This document shows positions 1 to 10,161 of a DNA stretch of 64,000 nucleotides, piece after piece. How positions within the stretch are numbered: position 1 is the first letter of the stretch; the number at the start of each line of letters is the position of its first letter. The notes beneath the pieces were generated by a model. The model saw only the letters and a program-made list of their open reading frames with translations. It was not told where the DNA came from and did no database searches. This stretch comes from an uncultured Phycisphaerales bacterium (GTDB lineage: Bacteria; Planctomycetota; Phycisphaerae; Sedimentisphaerales; Anaerobacaceae), in contig OY970359.1 in NCBI GenBank assembly GCA_963718665.1, forward strand, positions 1-64,000, written 5' to 3'. The position numbers and the translations under genes were made by a program.

Positions 1-228
1 GCAAAGGAGCAGTGAATGGTTGCAATCCATCAGGAGTTTCCGCAGTTTGAGCAGCTTCGACAAGCTCGATGATGTAACGATATCAACGTGCGAAAAGTCA
101 ATTACAACGTCGCAGCCGTCGCCTCTTTCGCGGACAGCGTCGATAGTTCTGGCAAGCTCTTCGTTCAGGCCCGGTTCCGGGGACGCCTCAACAAGAAGTA
201 TGTTTTCCGACAAATCCCTGATATCCAT
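1..228 (-). CDS. STAS-domain anti-sigma-factor antagonist (3'-truncated by window edge)
   Basis: Not in the ORF track. Manual translation from ATG at 228 (AGGAG SD upstream) gives MDIRDLSENILLVE...CDVVIDFSHVDIVTSSSLSKLLKLRKLLMDCNHSLLLC, matching the STAS 'vvlDfs.V..idSsgL..L' pattern. Open to base 1. Confidence 0.85.
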   Translation of the reverse strand, partial: MDIRDLSENILLVEASPEPGLNEELARTIDAVRERGDGCDVVIDFSHVDIVTSSSLSKLLKLRKLLMDCNHSLLLC

Positions 229-400
229 TTTATCGCTCCTATTTCATACTATCGAAAAAGTATGGGCTACTCTATATAGATTATGTTCAAGTAACGGTTG
301 TTTTGCAAATACCCTGTAACTCTTTCGTCAATTTCGCAGAGATGGATTACATATTCTTGGTAGCCGCAAAAAAGGAACACCGCCGCCCGCTTTTATGGGA

Positions 401-1855
401 CTAATTGCTGTCCGGCGAGGCAATATCCCATCCGCCGCCCAAGGCTTTGTAAAGGGCTATTAAATCCGTAGAGAGATTGCGTGTGCTCTGAACAAGAGCG
501 TCTTCGGAACTGTTAAGCGAACCCTGTGCGACAAGCACATTGAGGAAATCGGTTTGCCCCTCTGCGTAAAGCTGTGAGGAGAGGTCAACGGCCTTTCGGT
601 TTGCGGCTACGGCGTCAACGAGGGCTTTATGGCGTTCGTGCTCATTGACGTAGGCGATAAGTGCGCTTTCCACGTCATTAAGGGCGGTCAGTACGGCTTG
701 TTTATAAGTAAGAACCGCCTGCTGCTGGAGTGCCTTCTGGACTTCTATATTTGCGCTGACCTGGCCTGCGTTGAATATCTGCCAGTCAACCGAAGGGCCG
801 AAAGACCAGTAGCGACGGTTCCAGCTTAAGTTACCGGCGCTATTTGCCTGGGTGGAGATTGAGCCGGCGAGATTGAACTTCGGGAACAGGTCCGAGGTCG
901 CAACGCCTATTTGCGCCGTTGCGGAATGTATCTGTGCCTCGGCTCGCCTTATATCCGGACGCCTGCGGAGCATTTCAGAAGGCAGACCGGCAGGCACTTC
1001 GGGCGGCGTAAGAGGTATCGATGAGGCCGGGGAAAGCTCTTCCAGCAGAGAAGCGGGCTCCTGACCAAGCAGAACGGAGATGCTGTATATAGCTTGTCGT
1101 GCGGATGTCTCAAACACGGGAATTTGCGACATTGTTGTGGCGGCTTGGGCGTCGGCGTTCGCGACGTCGAGCGCACTGACAAAACCGCCTTGAAATTGCT
1201 GGCGGGTCACATCGGCGGTGTGTTTTTGCACCCTGAGGTTGTTCTGGGCGATGATTATTTCCTGTTGATAGCCGCGTAGCTGCACATAGTTATTCGCAAC
1301 TTCGGATACAAGAGTTACCAGGACATCTCTTCGGTCTTCAATTGCCGCGAGAATACCCGCATCTGCCGACTCGATATTGCGTCTGGTGCCGCCGAAAATG
1401 TCCAGCTCCCACGCCGCGTCCAGACCCGTCTGAAACAGGTTTGTCGTCGAGGCAGGCACAGCCCCTGATGCAGGTGTATGGTTGCGTGTGGCACTTCCGG
1501 TTACATCGGCGGTGGGCCAGAATCCAGCGCCAGCCACGCCGCGTGAGGCCCTTGCCTGGCGGATTCTTTCTTCTGCCTGCTTTAAGTCGAGGTTCGACTT
1601 CATCGCGCGTTCGATTAACGACGTGAGATTCGCATCATTAAATTCCGTCCACCACTTCAGCAACATCGCGTCGGGTGAGGCGGCGTTTTTGGTTCCGACC
1701 CAGCCGGCGGGGGCGTTCGGGTCCTGCGGTTTATAGTCCGGGCCTACGAGGCAACCCGCCTGTAATAGCAGGCAAGCGCAGCATAAAGGCAAAAAGATTA
1801 CGGATAATATTCTTCTGTTTTCCGTTTTCTGTCTTCTGTCTTCTGTCTTTTTCAT
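401..1855 (-). CDS. NodT/OprM-family outer-membrane efflux lipoprotein
   Basis: Lipobox-like AGC then LVGPDY; AWELDIFGG and RRRPDIRRAE motifs; C-terminal LYKALGGGW. Confidence 0.95.
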   Translation of the reverse strand: MKKTEDRRQKTENRRILSVIFLPLCCACLLLQAGCLVGPDYKPQDPNAPAGWVGTKNAASPDAMLLKWWTEFNDANLTSLIERAMKSNLDLKQAEERIRQARASRGVAGAGFWPTADVTGSATRNHTPASGAVPASTTNLFQTGLDAAWELDIFGGTRRNIESADAGILAAIEDRRDVLVTLVSEVANNYVQLRGYQQEIIIAQNNLRVQKHTADVTRQQFQGGFVSALDVANADAQAATTMSQIPVFETSARQAIYSISVLLGQEPASLLEELSPASSIPLTPPEVPAGLPSEMLRRRPDIRRAEAQIHSATAQIGVATSDLFPKFNLAGSISTQANSAGNLSWNRRYWSFGPSVDWQIFNAGQVSANIEVQKALQQQAVLTYKQAVLTALNDVESALIAYVNEHERHKALVDAVAANRKAVDLSSQLYAEGQTDFLNVLVAQGSLNSSEDALVQSTRNLSTDLIALYKALGGGWDIASPDSN

Positions 1856-3228
1856 TCGTATCTCAATGCCTCAATCGGATCCAGACGAGATGCCTTCCAT
1901 GCCGGGTAATAGCCGAAAATGATTCCAACGCTTGCTGAGACGAGAACCGAAGCCACAATGGCCGCCATTGATGTTTCCGTGGGCCAGCGCAGAAAGCGGG
2001 TTATAAGATACGACCCGCCGCAGCCCAGGATAATGCCTAAAATTCCGCCTGCAAGACACAGGACCACAGCTTCTATCAGGAACTGACGCAGGATGTCCCT
2101 TGCCCTTGCGCCTACCGCCATTCGTAAACCGATTTCCCGCGTCCTCTCGGTAACTGATACCAGCATAATGTTCATTATTCCAACGCCGCCGACAATCAAT
2201 GAAATCAGGGCGACAGCAAGCAGAAGCTTGGTCATAAGCGTCGTTGTGGAAGATAACGCGTTTGTCATCTCGGTCATATCACGGATATTGAAGTCATCGT
2301 CTTTTGGATCATGAGTACGGTGACGTTCGCGCAAAAGGGCGGTTATCTGGTCTATCGCCGGATGAATCTCAGCAGTGGAGTTCGCAGCAGCCACAATCTG
2401 GTCAACGTTGGTAAAACGCACCGGCTGAGGGTTATCCGCCGCCTGCGTGTCCGAAGGCACCGGGTATAAAGAGGTCACTGAAGTAGGATATAACTGGCTG
2501 GGAGAGCTTGTCGTCGAGGTTGTGCTTGTTGTTGTGGTGCTGGTCGATGTTGAAGACGAAGCGCCTACGCGAAACTTGATGGTTGTCCAGGGAGCAAGAA
2601 TAATATCGTCCTGGTCCATACCCATCATATTTGCGCCTTTGGCGCTTAGGACGCCTACAACTTTGAACGTTATGTTCAGAACCCGCATTTCTTTTCCTAC
2701 CGGCGATACTCCCTGAAAAAGTTCCCTGGCAATCGTCTGGCCGATGAGACATACCTTTGCCGCACTGCGAACGTCTTTGTCGGTGAAGATGTCGCCCTGC
2801 GCCATATCGGTCCAGTCCCGGACGGTGAGGTAATCAGCGGTCGTTCCGTAAATGCTCATCGGTACCCAGTTGCGGTCCTGATAAACTGCCTGGCCTCTGG
2901 CGCGAACAAGGGGGGCGGCGCCTTTTACGGCAGGGCAGTCACGGATAATCGCGTCGCAATCCTGCGGCGTGAGCGTCATGCTGCTGCCTGCGCCAAAATT
3001 GATGCCGCTGCTTGTGGCGGCGCCGGGCAGGACAAGAAGAGTATTGGCCCCCATTCTCGCGATGGTTTTAGCGATGGCATCCGATGAACCGTTGCCTATT
3101 TCCATCATCGCGATTACCGCGCCGACTCCGATGATTATGCCTAACATCGTAAGCATCGTCCGCATCGGGTTTTTGCCTATTGCCCGAAGCGCCGTTCGCA
3201 GTATTCGCATTATGCGGAATAACCTCAT
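1852..3228 (-). CDS. MacB-family ABC transporter permease
   Basis: RTMLTMLGIIIGVGAVIAM; GGVGIMNIMLVSVTERTREIGLRMAVGA; ends ASRLDPIEALRYE. Confidence 0.95.
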   Translation of the reverse strand: MRLFRIMRILRTALRAIGKNPMRTMLTMLGIIIGVGAVIAMMEIGNGSSDAIAKTIARMGANTLLVLPGAATSSGINFGAGSSMTLTPQDCDAIIRDCPAVKGAAPLVRARGQAVYQDRNWVPMSIYGTTADYLTVRDWTDMAQGDIFTDKDVRSAAKVCLIGQTIARELFQGVSPVGKEMRVLNITFKVVGVLSAKGANMMGMDQDDIILAPWTTIKFRVGASSSTSTSTTTTSTTSTTSSPSQLYPTSVTSLYPVPSDTQAADNPQPVRFTNVDQIVAAANSTAEIHPAIDQITALLRERHRTHDPKDDDFNIRDMTEMTNALSSTTTLMTKLLLAVALISLIVGGVGIMNIMLVSVTERTREIGLRMAVGARARDILRQFLIEAVVLCLAGGILGIILGCGGSYLITRFLRWPTETSMAAIVASVLVSASVGIIFGYYPAWKASRLDPIEALRYE

Positions 3229-3928
3229 TATGAACCTCCCTGTGATGTCTGGTTGTTCACGATTAAGCCGTCGTGAATGTGAATCTGCCGCTGAGTATGC
3301 CGGGCGACATTCGGGTCGTGCGTTACGATAATAACCGTGATGCCTTCCTCCACGTTTAGCTTCTTAAACATTGTAAGCACCTCTTCGCTTGTTTTCGAGT
3401 CGAGGTTGCCTGTCGGCTCATCGGCGAAAAGCACCGAGGGCCTGTTAATCAGCGAGCGGGCAACTGCGACACGCTGCTGCTGACCGCCTGATAATTCCGA
3501 CGGCTCGTGGTGCATCCGGTCGCCAAGCCCGACCCGGTTCAGAAGCTCTTCGGCCCGGCGCTTGACCTCTTTATCCGACAGATGCTCGCGCGTGTATGAC
3601 AAAGGCATCATCACGTTTTCAAGCGCGCTTGTGCGGGCCAGAAGATTGAAATTCTGAAACACAAAACCAATTTTATGATTTCGCAGATTCGCCCGTTCGT
3701 CGGCGGACACCCCCGATATTTCCCGCCCCTCAAGCCAGTATTCACCGGATGTCGGATGGTCAAGGCATCCGAGGATGTTCATCAGCGTGCTTTTGCCCGA
3801 CCCCGATGCCCCCATCAGCGCGACAAACTCTCCTTTGTTGATTGAAAGCGTAATACCCCTAAGAACGGGAACATCGATGTCCCCCATATAATAGGTCTTA
3901 TAAATATTTTCAGTTCAATCAGTTCCAT
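3228..3928 (-). CDS. MacB/LolD-type ABC ATP-binding protein (apparent 1-nt deletion near the 5' end)
   Basis: Walker A GASGSGKST, signature LSGGQQQRVAVAR, FADEPTGNLD. Adding one A to the run at about 3907-3910 extends the ORF to ATG 3928 (MELIELKNIYKTYYMG...). Confidence 0.9.
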
Positions 3929-3956
3929 AGTATTCGCAGCGAATCTGCAAAATTTA

Positions 3957-5318
3957 TTAACGTCCTGCCGGTCTTGGTCGTCCGATTTGCGGCGTGAAAG
4001 GATTAACCGTTCCGGAACTGCCCGCAGATATCTGTTGTTCTCCGGTGATTACCTGGAGACCTTCCTTAAGCTCATCCTGCGAACCCACGCCCTGTATTTC
4101 GGTCATTGTATCGTCGCTTGTGCCCGCGAGCACCTTGATTGGCCGGACGAAGCCGTTCTCGCTTACCCACAACATGGCTTTTTTGTAATTTGAGGGACGC
4201 GTCTGCGGCGCGTTGGGGTCACGCTGTTTTTTCCCTGAACCTTTACCCTGTTCGGCGGGGTCATTTAATGCCAATTGATACGCCGGCGCAATCTCCTCAG
4301 CCCTTGGTTTCCATCTAAGAGCCGCGTTTGTTACCTCAAGAACATTGTCTCTTCGGCTGACCTCAAAATTAACGTTTGCGGTCAGGTAAGGAAGTAATTT
4401 ACCGCTTGAGTTGTCCGTGTCGACCTCGACTGTGTAAGTAACGACGTTTTGCGTCATAGTTGCGTTGAGCCGAATTTGGCCGACCACACCCTTAAACGTC
4501 TGGCCTTCGTAGGTCGAAGTGGTAAATGTTACCGGCTGGCCCGGGTAAATTTTCCCTATGTCGGCCTCGTTGACGGAAACCCATACCTGCATTCTTTTGA
4601 GGTCCTTGGCAATCAAAAACAAACTCGGCGTATTCAGGCTCGACACCACCGTTTGTCCGATATTGACCCGGCGGTCAATAATGACGCCTTCTACCGGCGA
4701 TTGAATAGTGCAGTATGAGAGGTTAAGTTTTGCGTTTTGAAGGGTCGCCTCTGCCTGGTTGACAGACGCTTTGGCCTGTAAAATCGCCGCCTCCCCGGCG
4801 GTCACGTTGGCCTGTGCAACCTCAAAAGCCGCCTGATACGAATCATAACTGCTCTTGGCAAGCGCCTCGGAAGGTCCTAACTTCTGGGCACGTTCCCAGT
4901 CCAATCGGGCCTGTTCGAGCTTCGCTTTCAACTGTAATAGGTTGGCCTTGGCGCTTTCCACGCCGGCCTTGGCTTGGTCCAGCTGAGCGCTCGCCAGGTT
5001 AACTTCCGAGGCATAAGTCGAATCATCAATTTTTGCTAACAATGTTCCTTCCGCTACAGGTGAGCCGTAATCAATCTCATTGCCGTCTTCGTCTTTGCCA
5101 AAGGCAATGATGAGGCCCGCGACCTGTGCGCCCACGTCCACCAGCTCTTCCGGCTCAACTGTTCCTGTTGCGCTTATGGTTGCCAGGATGTCGCCGCGTG
5201 TTACCTCGGTAGTGCGGAATGAGACCTTTTTAGCATTGTTCTTGTTGTAATACCACCATCCGCCCGCTATTCCGGCTGCTATTCCTATTACAACTATCAC
5301 TGAAATTATCTTTTTCAC
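3957..5318 (-). CDS. MacA-like efflux periplasmic adaptor (membrane fusion protein)
   Basis: N-terminal TM; ISATGTVEP, coiled coil, IQSPVEGVIIDRRVNIGQTV; first gene of the efflux operon. Confidence 0.95.
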   Translation of the reverse strand: MKKIISVIVVIGIAAGIAGGWWYYNKNNAKKVSFRTTEVTRGDILATISATGTVEPEELVDVGAQVAGLIIAFGKDEDGNEIDYGSPVAEGTLLAKIDDSTYASEVNLASAQLDQAKAGVESAKANLLQLKAKLEQARLDWERAQKLGPSEALAKSSYDSYQAAFEVAQANVTAGEAAILQAKASVNQAEATLQNAKLNLSYCTIQSPVEGVIIDRRVNIGQTVVSSLNTPSLFLIAKDLKRMQVWVSVNEADIGKIYPGQPVTFTTSTYEGQTFKGVVGQIRLNATMTQNVVTYTVEVDTDNSSGKLLPYLTANVNFEVSRRDNVLEVTNAALRWKPRAEEIAPAYQLALNDPAEQGKGSGKKQRDPNAPQTRPSNYKKAMLWVSENGFVRPIKVLAGTSDDTMTEIQGVGSQDELKEGLQVITGEQQISAGSSGTVNPFTPQIGRPRPAGR

Positions 5319-5646
5319 GTTATATTCCTAAAAAAATCACCTAACTCTTTTAATATACTATCGTTGTAAGACGCTTAACCCTTAACTTATATTGCCCCGT
5401 TCTTCCCTAAATTAACAGTTAATCTGAAACTTTACGCTATTTGGCGGGACTTGTTCAAATAGAACGGCTACAGAGGGCTGATATCCGCGTAATTATAATA
5501 CCAAAATTGCCCCATCCGAATCAAGGTTTTTTGTACAACGCGGGGCGTTTAGACGTTAATACGATTGATTCGTCCGGTGTCAGCAGATAATATCTGATAT
5601 GGGTTTTTTCGGGACGAAACTTAGAAGAATAAGGGTACTGACGGCT

Positions 5647-6858
5647 ATGATTAGAAAAGATATAGAGGCCTTTCAAAAACGGGTCAAAAGCGAATTATAC
5701 GAGAATATTATCCCGTTCTGGCAAAAGCACACTGTTGATAATGAATTTGGCGGCTTCGCGGGCCAGGTCGGTCGTGATTTGAAAATCGATAAACACGCAA
5801 ACAAAGGATTAATCCTCAACGCCAGAATACTCTGGACCTTTGCGGCGATGTATCGCTTTGACGCCAACCCTAAGTATCTCGAGCTGGCAAAAAGGGCGTA
5901 TGATTATCTGAACAGCTATTTCCGGGATACCCAGTTCGGCGGGATGTTCTGGCAGGTTGACTATCGCGGACAATGCGTGGATGACTCCAAAAAAATTTAC
6001 GGCCAGGCGTTTTATGTTTATGCCCTCGCCGAATACTATCTCGCGACAAAAGACGCCGGCGCACTTGCGCGGGCAAATGAGATGTTTGAGCTTATCGAAC
6101 GGCACAGCTTCGACAAAGTCAATACCGGCTATTTCGAGATATGCAACCGCGACTGGACTGTGGCCGAAGGCGCACGTCTCAGCGACAAGGATATGAACGA
6201 AAAGAAATCGATGAATAATCACCTCCACATAATTGAGAGCTATACGAATTTGTATCGCTGCGAGCACAAGCCGAAAGTCGCGGAGAAAATCCTCGGCCTT
6301 ATAGATAACTTTACCCGCCGAATCATTGACCGCAAAACATTTCACTTCAACCATTTCTTCGACGAGCTTTGGCGGCCCAAATCGGATTCATACACCTTTG
6401 GCCACGATATCGAGGGAAGCTGGCTGCTTTATGAGGCGGCGGAAGTTCTCGAAAAGCCCGCGTTAAGTAAAAAGGTTGCGGCAGTTGCCCTTGAAATGGC
6501 CCAGGTCGTTTTCAAGGAAGGCATTGATAAGGATGGCGGGCTGCTTTACGAGGGCAGGGGGGGCAGGATAATCAATTCAGACAAGGAGTGGTGGCCCCAG
6601 TCCGAGGCGGTTGTGGGGTTTCTCAATGCCTATCAGCTTTCAGGCAAAGAGCATTTCCTCCAGGCCGCTTTGAACAGCTGGGACTTCATCGAACGCAAAA
6701 TTGTTGACCGCGAGGGGGGAGAATGGTTTATGAAGGTCTCGCGAGACGGCTCACCCAATTTGACCGACCCTAAGGTCTCGGAATGGAAATGTCCCTATCA
6801 CAATACGCGGACATGCTTGGAGGCGATACACAGGTTAAACGCCATAGGCAAATCATGA
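5647..6858 (+). CDS. AGE-family epimerase, cellobiose 2-epimerase-like
   Basis: KGLILNARILWTF, KSMNNHLHIIE, FGHDIEGSWLL, KEWWPQSEA and WKCPYHN motifs. Start may be 5599 or 5647. Confidence 0.88.
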   Translation: MIRKDIEAFQKRVKSELYENIIPFWQKHTVDNEFGGFAGQVGRDLKIDKHANKGLILNARILWTFAAMYRFDANPKYLELAKRAYDYLNSYFRDTQFGGMFWQVDYRGQCVDDSKKIYGQAFYVYALAEYYLATKDAGALARANEMFELIERHSFDKVNTGYFEICNRDWTVAEGARLSDKDMNEKKSMNNHLHIIESYTNLYRCEHKPKVAEKILGLIDNFTRRIIDRKTFHFNHFFDELWRPKSDSYTFGHDIEGSWLLYEAAEVLEKPALSKKVAAVALEMAQVVFKEGIDKDGGLLYEGRGGRIINSDKEWWPQSEAVVGFLNAYQLSGKEHFLQAALNSWDFIERKIVDREGGEWFMKVSRDGSPNLTDPKVSEWKCPYHNTRTCLEAIHRLNAIGKS

Positions 6859-7271
6859 AAAATGCCTTCTGGGAGAAATGGCAGGTGGCGGCTTAAGCCG
6901 CATCAGAAAACCACGTTACATTGACCAATTTAGGCAAAATAGGCTGCTTTAAGATTAGCTTTCCCAAAAACTTAGCATCGGATGAGTTTTTTTATAGTAC
7001 GGAAGCGTGCTGTTGCGGATCATTATTTCAAAGCGAATACGTCCTTGAGTTTTGCCTCTATCTGCTTGTGAATCTTGTACACCGGACATTTCTTTGCCCA
7101 TTTGAGTATCGATGCTTTTTGTCCGTTTTGCCTCAGTTCAAATCGGTGAATAGCTACCTGATTGGAAAATGCCTGATGCGCTTGGCCAACTTGCAAAGAA
7201 TATCTGACCTACATTTCCCGTATGACTTATGCCTCGCGACTATCGTTGACCATTCAACTGAGGCCTCCCGG

Positions 7272-9698
7272 TCAGTTCACAGTTAGCGACAACGTTTGGG
7301 TGTCGAATTGCTTCTTGGCGTCGGTCACTTTCACCGTGAAGTTAAACGTGCCGGCCTTCTTCGGCTTGCCGGAGATGACACCAGTGGTGGCTTTGAGTTT
7401 CAGGCCGGCTGGCAATTTACTACCGGCCGCCAGCGACCACTTGTACGGTGCCACACCGGTGCCGGTGGTGACTTGGAGCGTTGCGGTGTACGGCTCTTTG
7501 GCAGTCGCGTCCGTCAGACTGGTCGTGGCGATAGTCGGGGGAGGCGGTACGACGATCGTGAACGCCGCAACCGCAATGTTGCTGTCGACCATATTTGTCT
7601 TGAACGCTTTGGCATTGAGCGTGACTGAGTTGATGATGGTGATGCCGGTTTTTTTGTACACGGTCGAACTGCTGTTCGGATCGGAGCCATCAACGGTATA
7701 GCGGATTGTTGCGCCTGCGGTAGCGCAACCGAGCTTGACTTTGACTGAGTCCGTGAACATGCCGCCAGCCGGTGTGATGGTCGGCGTCGCTACCACTGCC
7801 CACCCAGGCACGGCGCACTTTGAGATTGTGTTACCCAATATGTCGATTATCTGGGCTGTAAAGACCGGTCGGGTTATTTTACCTCCGCTGCTGGCGTATG
7901 ACTCTTCTAACACTGTGAAACTCAATGTACTACATGAGGTAGATTGGACGTACGAGCCTGGTTCACCTCCACATTGTAATATGACGCCGTACAAGAGGTT
8001 TCCTAGAACATTACGGAGATCCACGGTTGATCCAGGAATAGAGGTTAGCGGGACCAGCATTCGTATGTGATCGTCACACTCAATAGTTCCAAGAGGGCAA
8101 AAACCGGCGTCCTTCTCAATCGGCTCAACCGAGTTGTTAAAAATCCAACAACCGCCGTATAGCGTAAAAAGTTGCTCCTGTACCGATTGCGACATTGCAT
8201 AAACATTGTCAGCCACGTATTTCACAATCTGCGGTGGCTCAGGAACAAGAAGACCGGAAGCTTGACCTGCAAGTAACTCAGCGCCTGCACCGAGGAAACC
8301 GAACTCGACCGCGTCCTGTGCGGTATTAAGAATCGTGTTAGGCAGATCGACCATCATACAACAAAGGTCAAATTCGATGTCTGAAACAAGAGCAGAGTTG
8401 GGGACGACGTACACGGCAATCGGCGTGGAACTGGCTTGGCACAAACCGGCCTGTTGCAATTGGCTCAAAAGCGCGCTTTGTAGATCGGTTAGTTCGTTAG
8501 TATTGAGCACCATCGCGCAATGTGATGGTGGTTGGATATCGATTTCCAAGAATGTCTGATTCAAGGTTACAGGGCTTGTCACAAAACCAGTTTGGGTCTG
8601 GGGATTTTCGACGAAGACTTGAAGTTGATCCCCTGGGTTAAAGTGATAGCCCACATATTGATTGTACTGACCAGTGAAGCCGTTTATGAGGATGTTGGTG
8701 TCTGTCCAACTCACCACATTGGTGTCTACCCAGTCTCCCGTAAAACCGGCATTCCAGTCTTGAGTCTGGTCATAGATACGCAAGAACGATGATGTCGTAG
8801 TATACGGGCTGTTGGTGCCGAAACCGGATCCCTGAATCGACATTCGGAGATTCCCGCCGCTAGCCGGCCCGACATTTACACTCGTAATCGTCGGGGTGCC
8901 AGCAGTTTCTGTTGCGAAACCGCCCCATGCTGTCTGTGGGCCGGTGTAGTCGGTGTCGCCCGAATTCCAAATTACGATGTCTACTGGGTCTCCACTTTGC
9001 AATGTTGCACCGCCCTGACCATACGAGCCGGCAAACCCATTGATTACTATCTCAGTATCCGACCACGACTGATAATTAAGAGTCACTGAGCACGGTGACC
9101 CTTGCCCCCAGCAGCCGCCGCCAGCCCAGAATACGGCGGGCGAAACGAATGCGAAGTAGTTCAAATTACCCGTGAATGGCATGGCCACGGGAGCATTCCC
9201 GAATCCCGATCCTTGAACGATGATTTGGAGATTTTGGCCACTGCCAGAAAATGTGACCGCTGTGATCTGCGGTGTCACCACCCCAGGCACGTTGCCGCCC
9301 CAGGTTGCGCTTAGGCCGGAACTCGGATTCATTATACATAGGTAAATGGCATATCCTGGCTGACATTCGAAGCCGCTTACCACGATTTGGGTATCCGACC
9401 AGGAGTTATAGGTCAGCCCCAAGGCGTCACCAGAGGCTCCCCATTGAGAACCTAATTGCCAGGAGTCCCATTGTTGGGCCAAAACCGTAATGTAGAAGTA
9501 AGACGAGTCGCCCGTAAATGGCAGGTTACCGGGGTATGTTCCGAATCCCGATCCGGTCACAGTGAGCGTGTAATTGCTGGCACTTCCGGCGAACTGGACA
9601 CTGGTAATCTGTGGACTGGCACTTGCCGCTTGGATAAGACAAGCCGACAGGGCTGTTATTAGAATTCCCTGCTGCCATGGCGATGCTATCCTTTTCAT
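7272..9698 (-). CDS. Secreted multidomain protein: 3x IPT/TIG-like repeats, Cys-rich unknown region, Fn3-associated/CHB-HEX-C-like domain, C-terminal putative Ig domain
   Basis: Signal peptide ending ASA-S; three PxITxV...GSGFG...W(S/T)DTxI repeats; VATPTITPAGG...ATIRYTVDGSDP; TIATTSLTDA...LPAGLKL...GVISGKP...FNFTVKVTD. Confidence 0.75.
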   Translation of the reverse strand: MKRIASPWQQGILITALSACLIQAASASPQITSVQFAGSASNYTLTVTGSGFGTYPGNLPFTGDSSYFYITVLAQQWDSWQLGSQWGASGDALGLTYNSWSDTQIVVSGFECQPGYAIYLCIMNPSSGLSATWGGNVPGVVTPQITAVTFSGSGQNLQIIVQGSGFGNAPVAMPFTGNLNYFAFVSPAVFWAGGGCWGQGSPCSVTLNYQSWSDTEIVINGFAGSYGQGGATLQSGDPVDIVIWNSGDTDYTGPQTAWGGFATETAGTPTITSVNVGPASGGNLRMSIQGSGFGTNSPYTTTSSFLRIYDQTQDWNAGFTGDWVDTNVVSWTDTNILINGFTGQYNQYVGYHFNPGDQLQVFVENPQTQTGFVTSPVTLNQTFLEIDIQPPSHCAMVLNTNELTDLQSALLSQLQQAGLCQASSTPIAVYVVPNSALVSDIEFDLCCMMVDLPNTILNTAQDAVEFGFLGAGAELLAGQASGLLVPEPPQIVKYVADNVYAMSQSVQEQLFTLYGGCWIFNNSVEPIEKDAGFCPLGTIECDDHIRMLVPLTSIPGSTVDLRNVLGNLLYGVILQCGGEPGSYVQSTSCSTLSFTVLEESYASSGGKITRPVFTAQIIDILGNTISKCAVPGWAVVATPTITPAGGMFTDSVKVKLGCATAGATIRYTVDGSDPNSSSTVYKKTGITIINSVTLNAKAFKTNMVDSNIAVAAFTIVVPPPPTIATTSLTDATAKEPYTATLQVTTGTGVAPYKWSLAAGSKLPAGLKLKATTGVISGKPKKAGTFNFTVKVTDAKKQFDTQTLSLTVN

Positions 9699-10161
9699 GT
9701 TTTTTCCTCTCTGTTAATGAACTGAAACCCTTCTTCGGTCATTCTCATTCTCCTTCGTTGCCTTTTGCCCCCCCAGCAAAGACGATTATGATTATATTCT
9801 TTTGCCGGTGGCTGTCAATTAAAAAAAATCGAAATTTACTGCTTTTCCATTATGTAATATCGGAGGAACACGGGAAATAAAGGTAGAGGGGGCGGGGAGA
9901 GTCAGAAACTTTAGAACTTTCGACCTTCGATTCGGTTCGGCCAAACGCGCTTTTTTCAGATTTTTCAAGCCACACTCATTAACAAGCCGGTTTGGGCCTA
10001 ACTTACCTTTAACATCAAGCTATTTTAGTGCTGTTAGCTAATTTTATTATAAGTCAGCAAAACACTTGCATTTGCCGATTTTCCTGCTAAACTATTTAGC
10101 TTTGTGTTTACGGTTCGCAATTGTTTAATGTCTTATTACCTGAGTTTTTAAGGAGAACACA

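Noticed and set aside
2495..2565. Ser/Thr-rich low-complexity stretch in the MacB periplasmic domain
   Set aside because: Looks like an ordinary flexible linker; no DNA-level repeat structure.
6860..7270. 121-aa plus ORF (6921-7286) and a roughly 57-codon minus frame (...SILKWAKKCPVYKIHKQIEAKLKDVFALK*)
   Set aside because: No SD or recognisable family. The minus frame may be a gene remnant, but I cannot support a call.
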